Counted from the stretch's first letter, positions 1-19,308 are shown. The stretch: 55,099 nucleotides of DNA from an uncultured Candidatus Peribacteria bacterium (GCA_964491325.1 CAZBFX010000001.1:1807-56905), one strand, 5' to 3'. The notes: generated by a model from the letters alone, not told the origin. Numbers and translations: made by a program.

Positions 1-45
1 TCTCACAATAGGCTATTATTTCATTGGAAAGGTGTGTAATGATTT

Positions 46-468
46 ATGCGTAATGATCTCATGATTATGGAATCGCAACTATATATCCCTTCTACTGTTG
101 AGAGAAAGAGAGTTGTTACCTACTTCGTTTTTCTTGGCTTATTGATGATTTTCGTTATGCATAAGCCTTTATCGGTCTATGAGAGATATTATGCAGAGTT
201 GATGATAGGATGGTGGTCGTGTATGTTCTTGTCGTTGTTGCTTGCTATTATTGCCTTACTGATGCCGATCATCGGATGGTTGTATGTGGTGTATTTATTA
301 GTCTGTCTCGCACTGCGAGTCGTGGCGATGATGCAATCCTGGCAATGAATATATGGTATGACATTCCCCGTATATCGCTTTCTCGGAGGTATAGGGTCAT
401 GGATTCTTAATCTCTTCGATATTCAGATAGATCCATCATCTTCGTCAGATACGTCTTCGTTATTATAA
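46..468 (+). CDS. small hydrophobic membrane protein, unknown function
   Basis: ORF 46..348 reads through in-frame TGA (346-348) to TAA at 466-468. Several hydrophobic helices (FVFLGLLMIFV, LSLLLAIIALLMPIIGWLYVVYLLV). Start uncertain. Confidence 0.45.
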
Positions 469-501
469 TATATTCTTTTAGTTTATCATTGCATTAGTCC
501 T

Positions 502-1308
502 ATGTCTGTATCTATCGATCTTATCAAAAAATTGAGAGATATTACTCTTGCACCTCTTGGTGATTGTAAAGATGCCTTGGTGGAATCCAATGGTGATCTT
601 GTCGCTGCACAAGAGATACTAAGAAAAAATGGAGCGATCAAGGCAGATAAGAAGTCTGACAGAGAAACGAATGCATGAATAGTGAAATTTTCTGTGACTG
701 ATGCTGGTCTTGTTGGGGTAAAACTCCTATGTGAGACTGATTTTGTTGCCAAGAATGATGCATTCTCGACGCTTGTTGATCTTCTTTTGACTGATATTGC
801 TGCATATGCGGGTGATATCGATCCTGATGCTATCCCTGAATCACTCATGGCTACGCTCACGACACATCTACAGGATCATGCTGTCACTATTGGTGAAAAT
901 ATGAAGATAGGCTATGTCATCAAGAAATCTGGTAATGTCTATGCATACAATCATATGGGTAATACTATCGCTTCTGCTGTCTTCTATGATGGTGTGCTCG
1001 GTGATAATGCTCAGCAAGCAGCAAAGGATGCTGCATTACAGGTTGCTGCTATGAATCCTTATTATATATCTATGGATACTGTCCCAGCAGATCGTACTGC
1101 TACATTGCGTGCAGAATTTGAAGCAGAGATGGCGACAAGTGGTAAACCTGCCGACATTATTGCTAAGATAGTTGATGGCAAGATTAGTAAGGCATTGCAA
1201 GATGATGTACTTCTCGAGCAAGCATCTATCAAAGATCAGAGCAAGAAAGTAAAAGAGACGCTTCCGACCGGGATGTCTATTCTTTCTATGGTTAGAGTGT
1301 CAGTCTAG
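502..1308 (+). CDS. tsf: translation elongation factor Ts
   Basis: N-terminal UBA-like [44 protein letters not shown] joins ORF 682..1308 ([10 protein letters not shown]) across TGA 676-678. Ends at TAG 1306-1308. Confidence 0.9.
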
Positions 1309-1366
1309 TTGTCTATAGTATCGCTTTTGTTTTCATAATTTCTCTTTACTCTTTTTTTCTTCGTCT

Positions 1367-1738
1367 ATGAAGCCTTATGAACTTGTACTTGTACTTCATG
1401 CCTCTCTCTCCGCAGATGCAAAAAAAGAAGTTCTCGATGCTGTTGAATCTATTATATGATGAGCAGATAGTATCAAACAGAAAGATGATGCTGGTGTTGT
1501 CCCTGCCGCATATCATCTTGGTGGCAAGAAAGATATCACACATATCAATATTGTTTCGTATTATATCCATGTCGATCCATCTTCTATCAAGAAGTATAGT
1601 CAAGAGTTTGCTTTTGTGAAATGACTCTTGAGACATTTCTTCTACACTATGGCCACAAATGAAAAGTTTATGACTTTCGCAGAGGTACAAAAGATGCTAG
1701 AGACTACTATGCCTGTTGTAGAAGAGAAGAAAAAATAA
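1367..1738 (+). CDS. rpsF: 30S ribosomal protein S6
   Basis: MKPYELVLVLHASLSADAKKEVLDAVESII.. is an S6-like N-terminus. In-frame TGAs read as Gly. Stop TAA 1736-1738. Sits immediately upstream of S18, the conserved order. Confidence 0.8.
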
Positions 1739-1763
1739 TATTTTAACTTTTTGTTTTCCTCCC

Positions 1764-1973
1764 ATGCTAAAGAAAAAAAACAATCTTCTTAATCACGAAA
1801 GATTTGCTTCGTTGATAAGCTGGAAAGCTCTACCTTTATTGAGAATGTATACGACAAGGTTTGACGATATCAAGCCCAGGAAATATAGTAATCATCCTGT
1901 CAGCATTCAAAAGAAAATGAGAAAAGCTATCATAAGAGCGAGAGAGATAGGTCTCTTACCCTATACTAAGTAA
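1764..1973 (+). CDS. rpsR: 30S ribosomal protein S18
   Basis: ORF with ..KPRKYSNHPVSIQKKMRKAIIRAREIGLLPYTK, the S18 C-terminal signature. True TAA stop. Confidence 0.9.
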   Translation: MLKKKNNLLNHERFASLISWKALPLLRMYTTRFDDIKPRKYSNHPVSIQKKMRKAIIRAREIGLLPYTK

Positions 1974-2027
1974 TTTTTTGTATGAGTACTTTCGAATATA
2001 TACTTTTTATATCCCCTCTCATGTATT

Positions 2028-2210
2028 ATGGCAAGCAAATTGAGAAGAGTAAGAAAATACCAACGAACGAGTGGTAAAAGACTGCGTAAGCATGGTCGAA
2101 GAGCAAAAATGGCTACAAAAAATGGAAGAAGAGTCTTGAGTAGAAGAAGATTGAAATGAAGACATACCCTCACTCCTCAGAGACCACAGAAGAAAGCTCT
2201 GCAATGATAG
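2028..2210 (+). CDS. rpmH: 50S ribosomal protein L34
   Basis: [48 protein letters not shown].. matches the L34 core (HGFR.RM.T.NGR.VL..RR.KGR). The G in KGR is a TGA. Stop TAG 2208-2210. Confidence 0.85.
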
Positions 2211-2369
2211 TATTTCATTGTTGTTTCGTATAAAAATCCACCACTTTATGCTATTCTGCTCTTGCGATATGATCATTTCTCCTGTGATCATTAGTGTATG
2301 ATCCCTTTAATATACATCTAGGCCTTTTTGGCCCTTTTTCCGTTATTTTATTCTATGATATTATCCTCT

Positions 2370-6092
<3,723 letters not shown>

Positions 6093-6142
6093 AGTGATTG
6101 TATCTTTGTTTTGTATCTCTTTATTTTTTCTTCTCTAGCCAT

Positions 6143-9973
<3,831 letters not shown>

Positions 9974-9998
9974 CTATTATATGTTCAAATATATGAAA

Positions 9999-10025
9999 AC
10001 AAGGGCAAAGCCCTTGTTTTTTTTT
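9999..10025 (+). terminator. rho-independent terminator after rpoC
   Basis: Hairpin ACAAGGGC-AAA-GCCCTTGT (9999-10017) followed by a T8 tract. Confidence 0.6.
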
Positions 10026-10057
10026 AATAAATTATCTCTTATAGCCTTCCTATTAAT

Positions 10058-10453
10058 TTAGGAGCATTGATGGCATTTCCCACTGAGCTCTATCGCTCAT
10101 GCACTGAGTCAGAGAGATTTTTTTATAGTCGAGTCGAGGTGTGTTTCGGCGATACTATGACAAGAGCTACAGATAATCATGTCATGAACCTTATCGCAGG
10201 ATTTGTGATCATGGGTACATGGTATATATCATCCGAGACTATGTACTTTATGCACAATTCCCAATGACTCGAATAGTTCAAGATTTCTGTAGATGGTAGT
10301 AATATCTATATTTTTATCATGACTTTGCTCTAGGAGTTCATAGGGATTGAGTGGTTTTTTGATATGTTCAAGTTGTTTAAGAATCCGTAGGCGAGTCTTG
10401 GTTTGTTTCTGCTTATTGTTTCTGAGTGTATGTAGTGATTGTTCTATGAACAT
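10058..10453 (-). CDS. Fur-family metalloregulator (probably Zur)
   Basis: ORF 10229..10453 (winged helix RILKQLEHIKKPLNPYELL..TIYRNLELFESLGIVHKV) continues through TGAs to TAA at 10058. C-terminal half has HDH and two Cys pairs (CSSCHS, CHQCS). Divergent from a COG0523 gene. Confidence 0.8.
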
Positions 10454-10588
10454 CTGATTGATAGTATAAAAGCTCTATTAATTATACATATTAACGATTA
10501 TTGCTTTCAATTGCAAGTTTATTGCATTTCTTATTGCAATAGTATTGCTTCTTAGTTATATACAGTATATTTATCAATAATATTATGT
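10454..10588. promoter_or_regulatory. divergent promoter/operator region with repeated TATTGC motifs
   Basis: Four copies of (T/G)TATTGC between about 10496 and 10550. They include the perfect 10-bp palindrome TATTGCAATA (10532-10541) and CAATTGCAA (10508-10516). AT-rich. Confidence 0.35.
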
Positions 10589-11725
10589 ATGAAGCCTGTC
10601 CCCGTCACTGTCCTCTCTGGATTTCTCTGAGCTGGTAAGACTACCGTACTCAAGCATATCCTTACTCAGAGAGGAGATAGAAAGATTGCCCTGATTGTGA
10701 ATGATATGGCTGAGCTCAATATCGATGCTTCATTGATCAAACATGGTGTAGAGCTTTCACAGACTGAAGAGAAACTCGTCGAGATGTCTAATGGGTGTAT
10801 TTGTTGTACGCTGAGAGATGATCTGATCCAAGAGGTTAGGAAACTCTGTGAAACATGAAGGTATGATGCTTTGATAATAGAAAGTACCGGAATATCTGAA
10901 CCAGTCCCTGTCGCACAGACATTCTCATACACTGATGAAGAGACAGGTATTGATCTGGGGCAACGAGCCAGACTAGATACGATGGTGACTGTCGTCGATG
11001 CCAAAGACTTTCTCAAACAATTATATAGTGCGGAGAGTTTATATGCTCTGTGACAACTTGATGATGGAGAAGATACTCGTACGATTAGTCATCTGCTTGT
11101 AGAGCAAGTAGAATTCGCAAATATTATTGTGATTAATAAATCCGATCTTATCTCAGAGCAAGAACTTTCGAAACTGGTCGGCATAATTCGTTCGTTGAAT
11201 ACTGATGCTCGCATTATGACGACTTCTTATGGAGAGGTGAATATCGCTGATATTGTCGATACGGGATTATTTGATTATGAAAAAGCATCCCAAGCTCCGC
11301 TATGGGTCAAAGAGATGGAATGATGATGACATGCTGCCCATACAGCTGAGACTGAAGAATATGGCATTTCGTCATTTATCTATACGAGACAGCAACCATT
11401 CGATATGGTAAAATTAACAAAAACATTACACGAATGATTGCCGGGAGTGGTGAGAGCGAAAGGTGTTTGTCGATTGGCTGATGATAATGCGAATGCATTT
11501 GAGTTTGCTATTGCGTGATGAGAGGTTTCTATTATGCCCTTCGGAAGACGGATGGCAGCTCAGACGAAACAAGAACTTGAGACGAATGGGCAACGAGAAG
11601 AGTATCTTAACATTAAAGATACACCTAATCAAGATAGAGTGATACAATTGGTTATTATAGGAGTAGATGTAGATAAGAATCAGATAGAACAATTATTAGA
11701 CAATGCTCTTGTAAGTGATATGTAA
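10589..11725 (+). CDS. COG0523-family GTPase metallochaperone (CobW/YjiA/ZigA-like)
   Basis: Walker A GFL(G)AGKTT (TGA 10628-10630), metal-binding [21 protein letters not shown]-terminal CobW_C-like part. Fragments 10871, 11129 and 11534 are in one frame. Stop TAA 11723-11725. Confidence 0.85.
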
Positions 11726-11783
11726 TTGCTCTATTCTTGTTTATCTTCGTAGTATGCTGAAGTAGTTTTATTTTTCTTTTTCT

Positions 11784-12260
11784 ATGTTTATGAAAGTGAA
11801 TTCTTGGAGATCTTTTATGCAACATCTTTTACTTTTTGTCTTTATTGAAGTTGTATTTGTTTTGCTTATTTTTAGAGAGTTTCCGCAGACGAACCTCCTG
11901 ACAATCATTGGCGTATTGCATACTTCGTACTGGCTAATTGTGTTGCTAGCAGGTTGGTTGAGAGAGAAATATGCATATCGTGTCTGGCAGAAGTTTCTTT
12001 GTACTTATGTGCCAGTAGTATATCATGTTATTATCCATATCATCGCTGGTCTAGTGACGATAGAGGAGATGTCCGATCATATCGGCGAAGAGCATCATGA
12101 TGAGCATAGTATGCTTTGGTTAGTGCTTGGGGCTATCGGTGCCGGTATCTTGATTGCTTTGGGTGAATATCGACTCCATCGTACGAGACACTGCGATACA
12201 CATCATAGTACTGCTCATAAACACTGTCATGATGATGCATGTGAGAATGATCATTTATAA
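11784..12260 (+). CDS. His-rich membrane protein, unknown function
   Basis: Intact ORF. About four hydrophobic helices plus His/Cys/Asp clusters (DHIGEEHHDEHS; HRTRHCDTHHSTAHKHCHDDACENDH). Directly downstream of the COG0523 gene. Confidence 0.6.
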   Translation: MFMKVNSWRSFMQHLLLFVFIEVVFVLLIFREFPQTNLLTIIGVLHTSYWLIVLLAGWLREKYAYRVWQKFLCTYVPVVYHVIIHIIAGLVTIEEMSDHIGEEHHDEHSMLWLVLGAIGAGILIALGEYRLHRTRHCDTHHSTAHKHCHDDACENDHL

Positions 12261-12271
12261 TATATAAGGAT

Positions 12272-12508
12272 ATGAATATCTCTGTCTATATACATCCAGG
12301 ATCAAAAAAATGACCCTTGCTGACACAAGAGATCGATATGCGATGAAAAACGATATATCATGCGTGGATTCGTGAGAGGCCTATCGACGGACAGGCAAAT
12401 GATGCATTAATTGTGTTATTGGCAAATTTCTTCTCTATTGCTAGAAGTCATGTGGAGATCATACATGGTCATACATCGAGACATAAGATCGTTTCTATTT
12501 CTCTGTAG
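12272..12508 (+). CDS. DUF167 (YggU-like) protein
   Basis: MNISVYIHPGSKK(G)P..AWIRERPIDGQANDALIVLLANFFSIARSHVEIIHGHTSRHKIVSI matches the DUF167 pattern (P.dGkAN.al...La......v.i..G..sr.K.v.i). Stop TAG 12506-12508. Confidence 0.65.
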
Positions 12509-12794
12509 TTTGATACATCGGTTTGATGACCGATTCGTATGCTCAGGGATGATTTTTGAGAGACTTAGCAACTCTCGCAACAGTCGTCGATGAGACGCCT
12601 AATGCTTCTTGGATAGAGACATAGGAGTGACCGAAGATAAGCCTCGCTGCTATATCGAGCCTTTGTTGTAGATCATTCATTTCTTCTGATGTCAGTAGAC
12701 CACCCAAGAAGTGATATACTTCCTCATGATTATCTAAGTAGAGGAATGCTTGACTGAGTGTTGAGCTATCTGCTTCACTTTTTTTTGTTGCCAT
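12495..12794 (-). CDS. TrpR/YerC-family small DNA-binding protein
   Basis: ..FLGGLLTSEEMNDLQQRLDIAARLIFGHSYVSIQEALGVSSTTVARVAKSLKN is a YerC/TrpR-like HTH. Reads through TGA 12543-12545 to TAG 12495-12497. Convergent 14-nt overlap with the DUF167 gene. Confidence 0.65.
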
Positions 12795-12863
12795 ACTATA
12801 TGGAGAAATAGATAAAATATCCTTATATTATATAGGTACTTTACTCTAGTGATGCAAGAGATT

Positions 12864-14210
12864 TTATAACTTTTGTAATATATATCATTCTTTGCTGTCG
12901 TGACTTTCTCGTCATGCTTCATTGATTTGCTTTCTGATGGCGTCAGCTTTTATATAGTCTTTATTTGCTTTTGCTTGTCGGCGTTGTTCTGCTAGTTCTT
13001 GTATATTGATCGGCATAGTGATAATGCGTTCTTCATCTGATGTATAGAGCTTATAGATGCTATTTAACTTCTCTGATATCCCATGCTTATGCAACTCTGC
13101 CAAGAATGCTGCTGTATTGAGATCGTTGAGAAGTGTTGCAGTAACTTCTGCATAAGGGTATCATGCATCTGATACTAGTCTTAGTTTTTTTCTTCACTTA
13201 CTTGCTGCTTCGAGATGTTCTCGAGTAAAGTCTTGGAATGATCTATAATGTGCTTGGAAGAAGAAATAACGAATGTCCTGTGCAGTGTATCACTTATCAA
13301 AAACATCTTGGAGTGTTATGACATTGCCTAATGATTTGCTAATCTTTTGTCCATTGATATTGAGAAACTGATAATGGATCCGATAATTTACCCATGGATG
13401 CTCTGCACAGCTACACTCTGACTGGACTATCTCATTGCTATGATGGACGGGGATATGATCGATACCTCCTGTATGTATGTCAAAATGTGTCCCGAGGTAT
13501 TTGATACTCATAGCACTACATTCGATATGTCGACCAGGAAAGCCGACTCATCGAGGGCTCTCTCGTTCCATATCTCTCTTCTTCCCTGTGGTATTGAACT
13601 TTCGGAGAGCGAAATCTGTTGTATTTCTCTTGCCTTCATCGTCTATCCTTGCTCCTGATTGTAGTCAGGCAATATGTTCCTTATAATGAGGTCACATGAG
13701 TTGTCCATAGCTTTCTATGCTACTTGTGTCCATGTAGATTCCATCATTTGCTATCGTATAGGTATATCATCTATCTTCCAATTGTTTTATCATCGCTATC
13801 TGCTCGGCGATATGATCGGTGGCACGAGGGGTGATGTCAAATGCATCCAGGAGGAGAGTACGGCAGTTCTCATGAAAGAGTGCTTCATATTTCTTCGCGA
13901 CATCTCGAGCAGTGAGTCATTCTCTACGAGCTCATTTTTCCATCTTGTCTTCGCCATGGTCGGCATCGCCTTCGTTCTCTCCAGTGAGATGCCCGACATC
14001 CGTGATATTGACGACATGAGTCGTTGGATAGCCACAGATGTGCTTGATGGTATTTTTGAGGAGATCATCGATGAAATACTTACGCATATTCCCGATATGT
14101 GGTGCTCCATAGACGGTAGGACCACAGGAGTAGATACGCACATTGCTTGGATCGATAGGGACAAATTCTTCAAGAGAGCGGGAGAGAGTATTATAGAGTT
14201 TTAGTGACAT
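12864..14210 (-). CDS. cysS: cysteine--tRNA ligase
   Basis: [18 protein letters not shown].., HIGN (HIGH motif), KISKS (KMSKS motif). Fragments 12912, 13290 and 13932 are in one frame, and I checked that no TAA/TAG lies between them. Stop TAA at 12864-12866. Confidence 0.9.
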
Positions 14211-14267
14211 TATGTGTAGTATGGTATAAAGCTTTCCTAGTATAGTGAGTTTCCTTGGTGATCGCAA

Positions 14268-14296
14268 TAAAAAATCTCATGATCGATGCCATGAGA
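14268..14296 (-). terminator. weak candidate rho-independent terminator (minus strand)
   Basis: 7-bp stem TCTCATG/CATGAGA with an 8-nt loop, followed on the minus strand by T6. About 110 nt downstream of the stop at 14406. Confidence 0.3.
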
Positions 14297-14405
14297 CTTT
14301 GTATTATACTCTACTGACTTTATAAATCAGAATATATGGATTATACCTATACTGTATAACCATATATCGTCGATACATTTCGATGTATTTCGTTGATGTA
14401 CTCTA

Positions 14406-16382
14406 TTACAGAGTATTTTCTTGTTTTTTTCGTCTCACTTTCTCATCCCAGAAGAATGATCCAGGACTTTTGCCACTCTTCGCCTCTTTGAGTTTCTCTC
14501 TATCTCATCATATATCTTCATAGAGCGATTCGAAGAATTCTTCATTACCTTTTTTGACTTTGTAGTTGCGATCAATATATGTCTGTACCGTATCGTCTTT
14601 TTCCCATTGCGAGAGATTGATCGGTTTTGTTCATCGGCTTCTTTGGTATTCTTTGTTGTCAGCGACGGCTTGCAGATATGACTGTATGCTATTTCATAGA
14701 GTAGTATTTATCTTGCCTATGCTTATAGATGGGTTGTCTTTATGGTATTGCTCGAGCTTTGTATTCTTTAATACTTTCCTATATTCTTGGAGTCATTCGC
14801 TGTTGTATATAAAATTACCCCTTTGTGCTTTATTGGTAAATGTATTGAAATATTGTCTCTCTCTCGCCGGCATAACTTGCTCTAGTCATACAGTTGATCT
14901 TAAACTATTTTCAAGTTTATCCAAACCTTCAGATCATTTATTTTTTATATCTATTGTATCTTTTATTTCACTTATCTTATCTCTTCACCATTTATACGCA
15001 CTACTCGTACCTATACTTTTGCCACCACCTATTGGTATGATCGGTATAGAGCCGAGTAGTTGCGATGATAGATCTTTCATCTTGCCGATGGCTGCTCCTC
15101 AGATACCTGGCTCACTGTACTTGCTGATACCCCATATCATCCCTCGAAGGAGTCCGATCGTGATAGCAAACATGAGCAGATCACTGAATACATTTTTTAC
15201 TCTATCGCCATTGTTGCTATCACCGAAGAGATCTCATTCGATAGTAGTAGAAAACATATTCATCCCTGCTATCGTTGATGCTCCATTGCTTTCTTGCTTT
15301 ACAGAGATAGTATCGTTTATGCTAATGTTATTTGATTGGATAACGCTATCCATCGTCACGACTAGTATGAGGAGTATGCCTATCAGAGCAGTACTGACGA
15401 CAGGAGCAAATATTATCTTGATGACATTTTCTACGCTAAAATTTTCTAAGATTGATCATGCTAATTCTTCGCCCTTTCACATTCGGTCACCGCTTTGCAT
15501 GACTGCCAGGAGAGGAGCGAGACAGATGAGAAATCGTATCGATATGATTCTATAGAGATTTATAGCTATCAACATAATCAATGCTACCGTGAAGAGTAGG
15601 ATGATTCATACTCTGGTGAGTAAGAGCAGGAGGATGTCAGAGGTGGATGTTTGTGCATCTATACTAGAAAGATTGCTAGCTTTGAGAACATAGGCACCGA
15701 TATAGATTAGCGGTCACGACATGCTATTCTCACGGGGCATGATAGTATCCATGATTTCGTCCTCAGTCATGGTATTTACTTTGCCATCATCGTGCGTGAT
15801 CATATTGCCTGAATCTCGTTCTTTAGATAAGTCTATACTCATTTTCTTATTATTAACGCTTTTGATATTTGTGATGATCTCTTCTCTTAGTTGTGGCATC
15901 GTACTCATATAGGTCGATGGAAATGATCAGACTGCTATTGTCGCTACGGTACTTACATCTATCAATGCTCCGATCAAGAAGAAGCTCATATTTGCTAATA
16001 TAATCCCTTTGATGAGGCCTAGTATGGTTTTGGATATTTTACTGAAATCCAAGTCTTTTTCTATAATACTTGTCACAATAGTATACATAAACACAGCTAC
16101 CGCTACAAAATTTGCAAATGTCTGTGATATGCCCCATATCAGTCTGAGTACCTTTCCTAGATTGAGGAAGTCTCCGTAGACCATCGTATTGGTCATCAAT
16201 GCTCCTGCAATACTGGCGAAAGGTATTCGCAACCATGAAAGGAGCTGGAGTATGATATTTAATACATCAACAATGTCTTTGGTCAGCATCGTATCGTTTC
16301 ATGCTGCAAAAACACTATCTGACAAACACAATGTGCAGATGATGAAAGTGGTGATGATTGTGAGACGACGTGTGAGTGACAT
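14406..16382 (-). CDS. large polytopic membrane protein, paralog B (658 aa), unknown family
   Basis: Hand-translated codon by codon with TGA=Gly. Signal-like N-terminus MSLTRRLTIITTFIICTLCLSDSVFAAG, multiple TM helices, and motifs shared with the upstream paralog. Charged C-terminal region. Stop TAA 14406-14408. Confidence 0.7.
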
Positions 16383-16406
16383 GATTAATTGGTGCTGGTA
16401 ATTGGT

Positions 16407-19133
16407 TTAATTTACTGATGCATTTGGATCAATCGGTTTTGTTCATGTAGTAGTTGTAGATGGTTTATCAGAGATGGTAAACTCTTTGTTTATGTCATCG
16501 TACATTAATACTTGATCAGATCATTCTATCTCTACTGGTCAGTTTGATATCGTGAAGCTACTTCTATTATTATCTATTAAGTCTTTGTTTTCGGTTGTAT
16601 TAAACTCGCTTAAGAACTTTTTTGCTTGCTCCATATTCGCCACTTTTTTATCGATTACATAGCTTTTCATTTTATTGTCTATATCATTTACTTTCCTCTC
16701 TTTTTGAATTATGTCTGTTAAGGCTGTTTTCTTTGCTTGATTTACTCATTCGAGTTCTTTGATAAACTCTTCTAACTGTTCATTATTCATATTATTGATA
16801 GATGTTATTAAGTCGTCCGTACTCTCACTGTTTTCTTTAGCTTTAGTTTGGATGATGTTTTTTATCTCACTAGATTTACCGAGGTTTTTGCTATTTAACT
16901 CAGTTGCTATACTTGTCTTTGTCTTCCCTGAGAGAGATCAAAAGATACTGGTAGCTCATGCATTGCTTGTTGTGTTATTTCATAGTTTGTTGTTCATCTT
17001 CTCTTCTAGTTCTTGTAGTGAGCGTTCTCCTGCGGTAGTGATTTGATTGAACTTACTACTTGCTACATTGCTAATCGTATCGGGCACTTTGAGAAGACTA
17101 CTGGCACTGAGTTTGGCACCTCATGTGCCTGGTATAGGAATGAGTGGTATAGATCAGAGGAGGTTTTTGCCCATATCGAGCGTCTTGTTTGCTATGCTGG
17201 ATGTGATCGAGCTTGCGGCAAAGGATGCTTTTACAATCGCTCGCATGATACCTATAGCGAGTATATTGAGTATGATCCATCCGAAGAGATCATTATAGAT
17301 AGATCCAGTCTCCGTATCGCTACCAGTATCATAACACATCTCGGTGAGTCACCAGAAGTCAGCACATGTTTCGTTGTTATCATCTTTGTTGTCGCCTACT
17401 CAGCTTGCTTGGAAGTTTACTCCCAAGAACCCTCGAGTACTCTGTGATTCGCCGAGTCACTCATGCATACGGAGCTGGAGCGTCTGTATGATGATCATGC
17501 CTATCCCCAGAGCGAAGACTGGTACGACAGGAGCGAAGATAAGTCATATAACTGCCTTGGCACTTGTATAGCTTTCTGTGCTTCCTGATATACTTGATAC
17601 TATACCGCTTTCTTTGAAAACTCGTAATACGACGATAAATGGTGAGAATGCTATAATCGCTCGAAGTATTCATACTCTCATCAGTAGGACTAGTGCGAGA
17701 GTGATGAGCGGTATGATCATAAAGATGGCAGCCACCGCTTTCATGATAAACTCTATGATGACGCCCACACTTGTCGTATCTTTCATCGTATCGGATACTG
17801 ATGTGATATTGGAGAAATCCAAGATGGATATATAGATCGTGACCAATGGTCAGACAAGTCATTGTGACTTTTCCATCAACTCTTCGAGAAAGAGTCATCA
17901 TTGTCCTTGCATGCGACTATCGCCACTAATGATCGCCATGAGGCTTGATGCTGATGCGACATTATTGATAGTTTGACCACAGACTTTCTTGTTTTTGTCA
18001 TTGATGTTGGTGCCGATAGCACTACTCATGAGTTTTTCTATATCATTTTTGCCGATAGTGCTGTACGTGCCTGTTATTTCATTGCATGTGCCGCTTGAGG
18101 CTATGTGATCGAGGATGATTGATACTTCATGATTGATACGCTTATTGATTTCGTTCTCTTTGGCATTTACATTTATATCGTTATCTATACTTGCTTGGAT
18201 GCTATCATAGAGTATCGCTCTTTTGTGTGTCTCGAAGTCTTTGAGATCGATAGCTATAGTCGGTCAGAGTGCACAATAGAGGTGTTCACAATTGCTCGAT
18301 TTTCATGGGGCACAGGTATTGGCGAAGTTTATCCCACTCATTGGTTTGCCATGTTTATCTAGTACATATGGGTATTGTGTTGCACCGATAATATATCCCT
18401 TATGGACTTCACAGGTCGGTATAGTGACTGATCATCGTGAATAGTAGACATGATTGTTTATAAAACTATTATACTTCAATAATGAGGTCGTTATATCATC
18501 ATCTGCTGTGGTGCTTCATGGAGTAGTGGGAGTGTCGCTATCATCGGTCGAAAGATTGAGATAGGAGTGGATCATCATGATAGGCATCTTCTCCTGACGG
18601 ACCTGATTTAGTGTCGTCATCGGTAGAGCACCGATGCCATAGGTAGCCACCGTCGATACATCGAGTAATGCACCCAAGACAAATCGGCTTGCATTGATGC
18701 CGATACCGGCAATAACAAGATTGATAACTATCTTTTTTTTATCAACGTTTTCGCCACTTGCCATCTTGATAATCTCGGTGATGAGTATGGCGACGAGGAG
18801 GAAGTTTGCGAATGTTCTCGATATATTTCGTAGCAGAAACAGAGGTTTATCGAGGTTGATAAATCAGCCATAGATGAGAGTATTGTCCATGGCAGTGCCT
18901 GCCAATACGAGTATTGGCCATATGATGATATAGATGATATTGAGTATGACTCCTAGTAGTATCTTGATACTGTCAAATATATCACTACCGGCATCTGCAG
19001 TGGCATCTGTTACTCCTTGGGCAAAGGCATGATCTCCTGCAGTGACAAATACTACTATAGCAAAAATACTGAGCAATAGCGGTAGATGCTGTCTTATCTT
19101 TTGATATAAAGATGAAGGTGTGTTGCTGATCAT
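16407..19133 (-). CDS. large polytopic membrane protein, paralog A (908 aa), unknown family
   Basis: Hand-translated. Signal-like N-terminus ..LLLSIFAIVVFVTAGDHAFAQG, a Cys-containing central soluble region, TM bundle, and Asn/Lys/Glu-rich C-terminal region that looks coiled-coil by eye. Fragments 18864, 18516 and 17154 are in one frame. Stop TAA 16407-16409. Confidence 0.7.
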
Positions 19134-19308
19134 GAAGAAGAGATGGACAAAGTATATCTCTAGTATACTCTATTTACTCTTTCATACCAAAAATACCCAT
19201 TCTCTGATGCTTCTTGTGTTGACTTGTCGCTATGTTTCCTTATAGATGTTTTGTGTGATATTCTTCATGATATATGTCATTTATTCTTTATTGTTTGATT
19301 ATATGTTT

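Noticed and set aside
13674-14204. 176-aa plus-strand ORF and several other ORFs in 13440-14204.
   Set aside because: They are antisense to cysS, which is continuous on the minus strand with HIGH and KMSKS motifs.
14566-15555. Longest standard-code ORF in the window (329 aa, plus strand).
   Set aside because: It is antisense to the code-25 minus-strand gene 14406..16382, which has a clear paralog next door with shared motifs. The plus-strand product is low-complexity Leu/Ser/Ile-rich with no motif. It looks like a shadow ORF, since a minus-strand TGA reads TCA on the plus strand.
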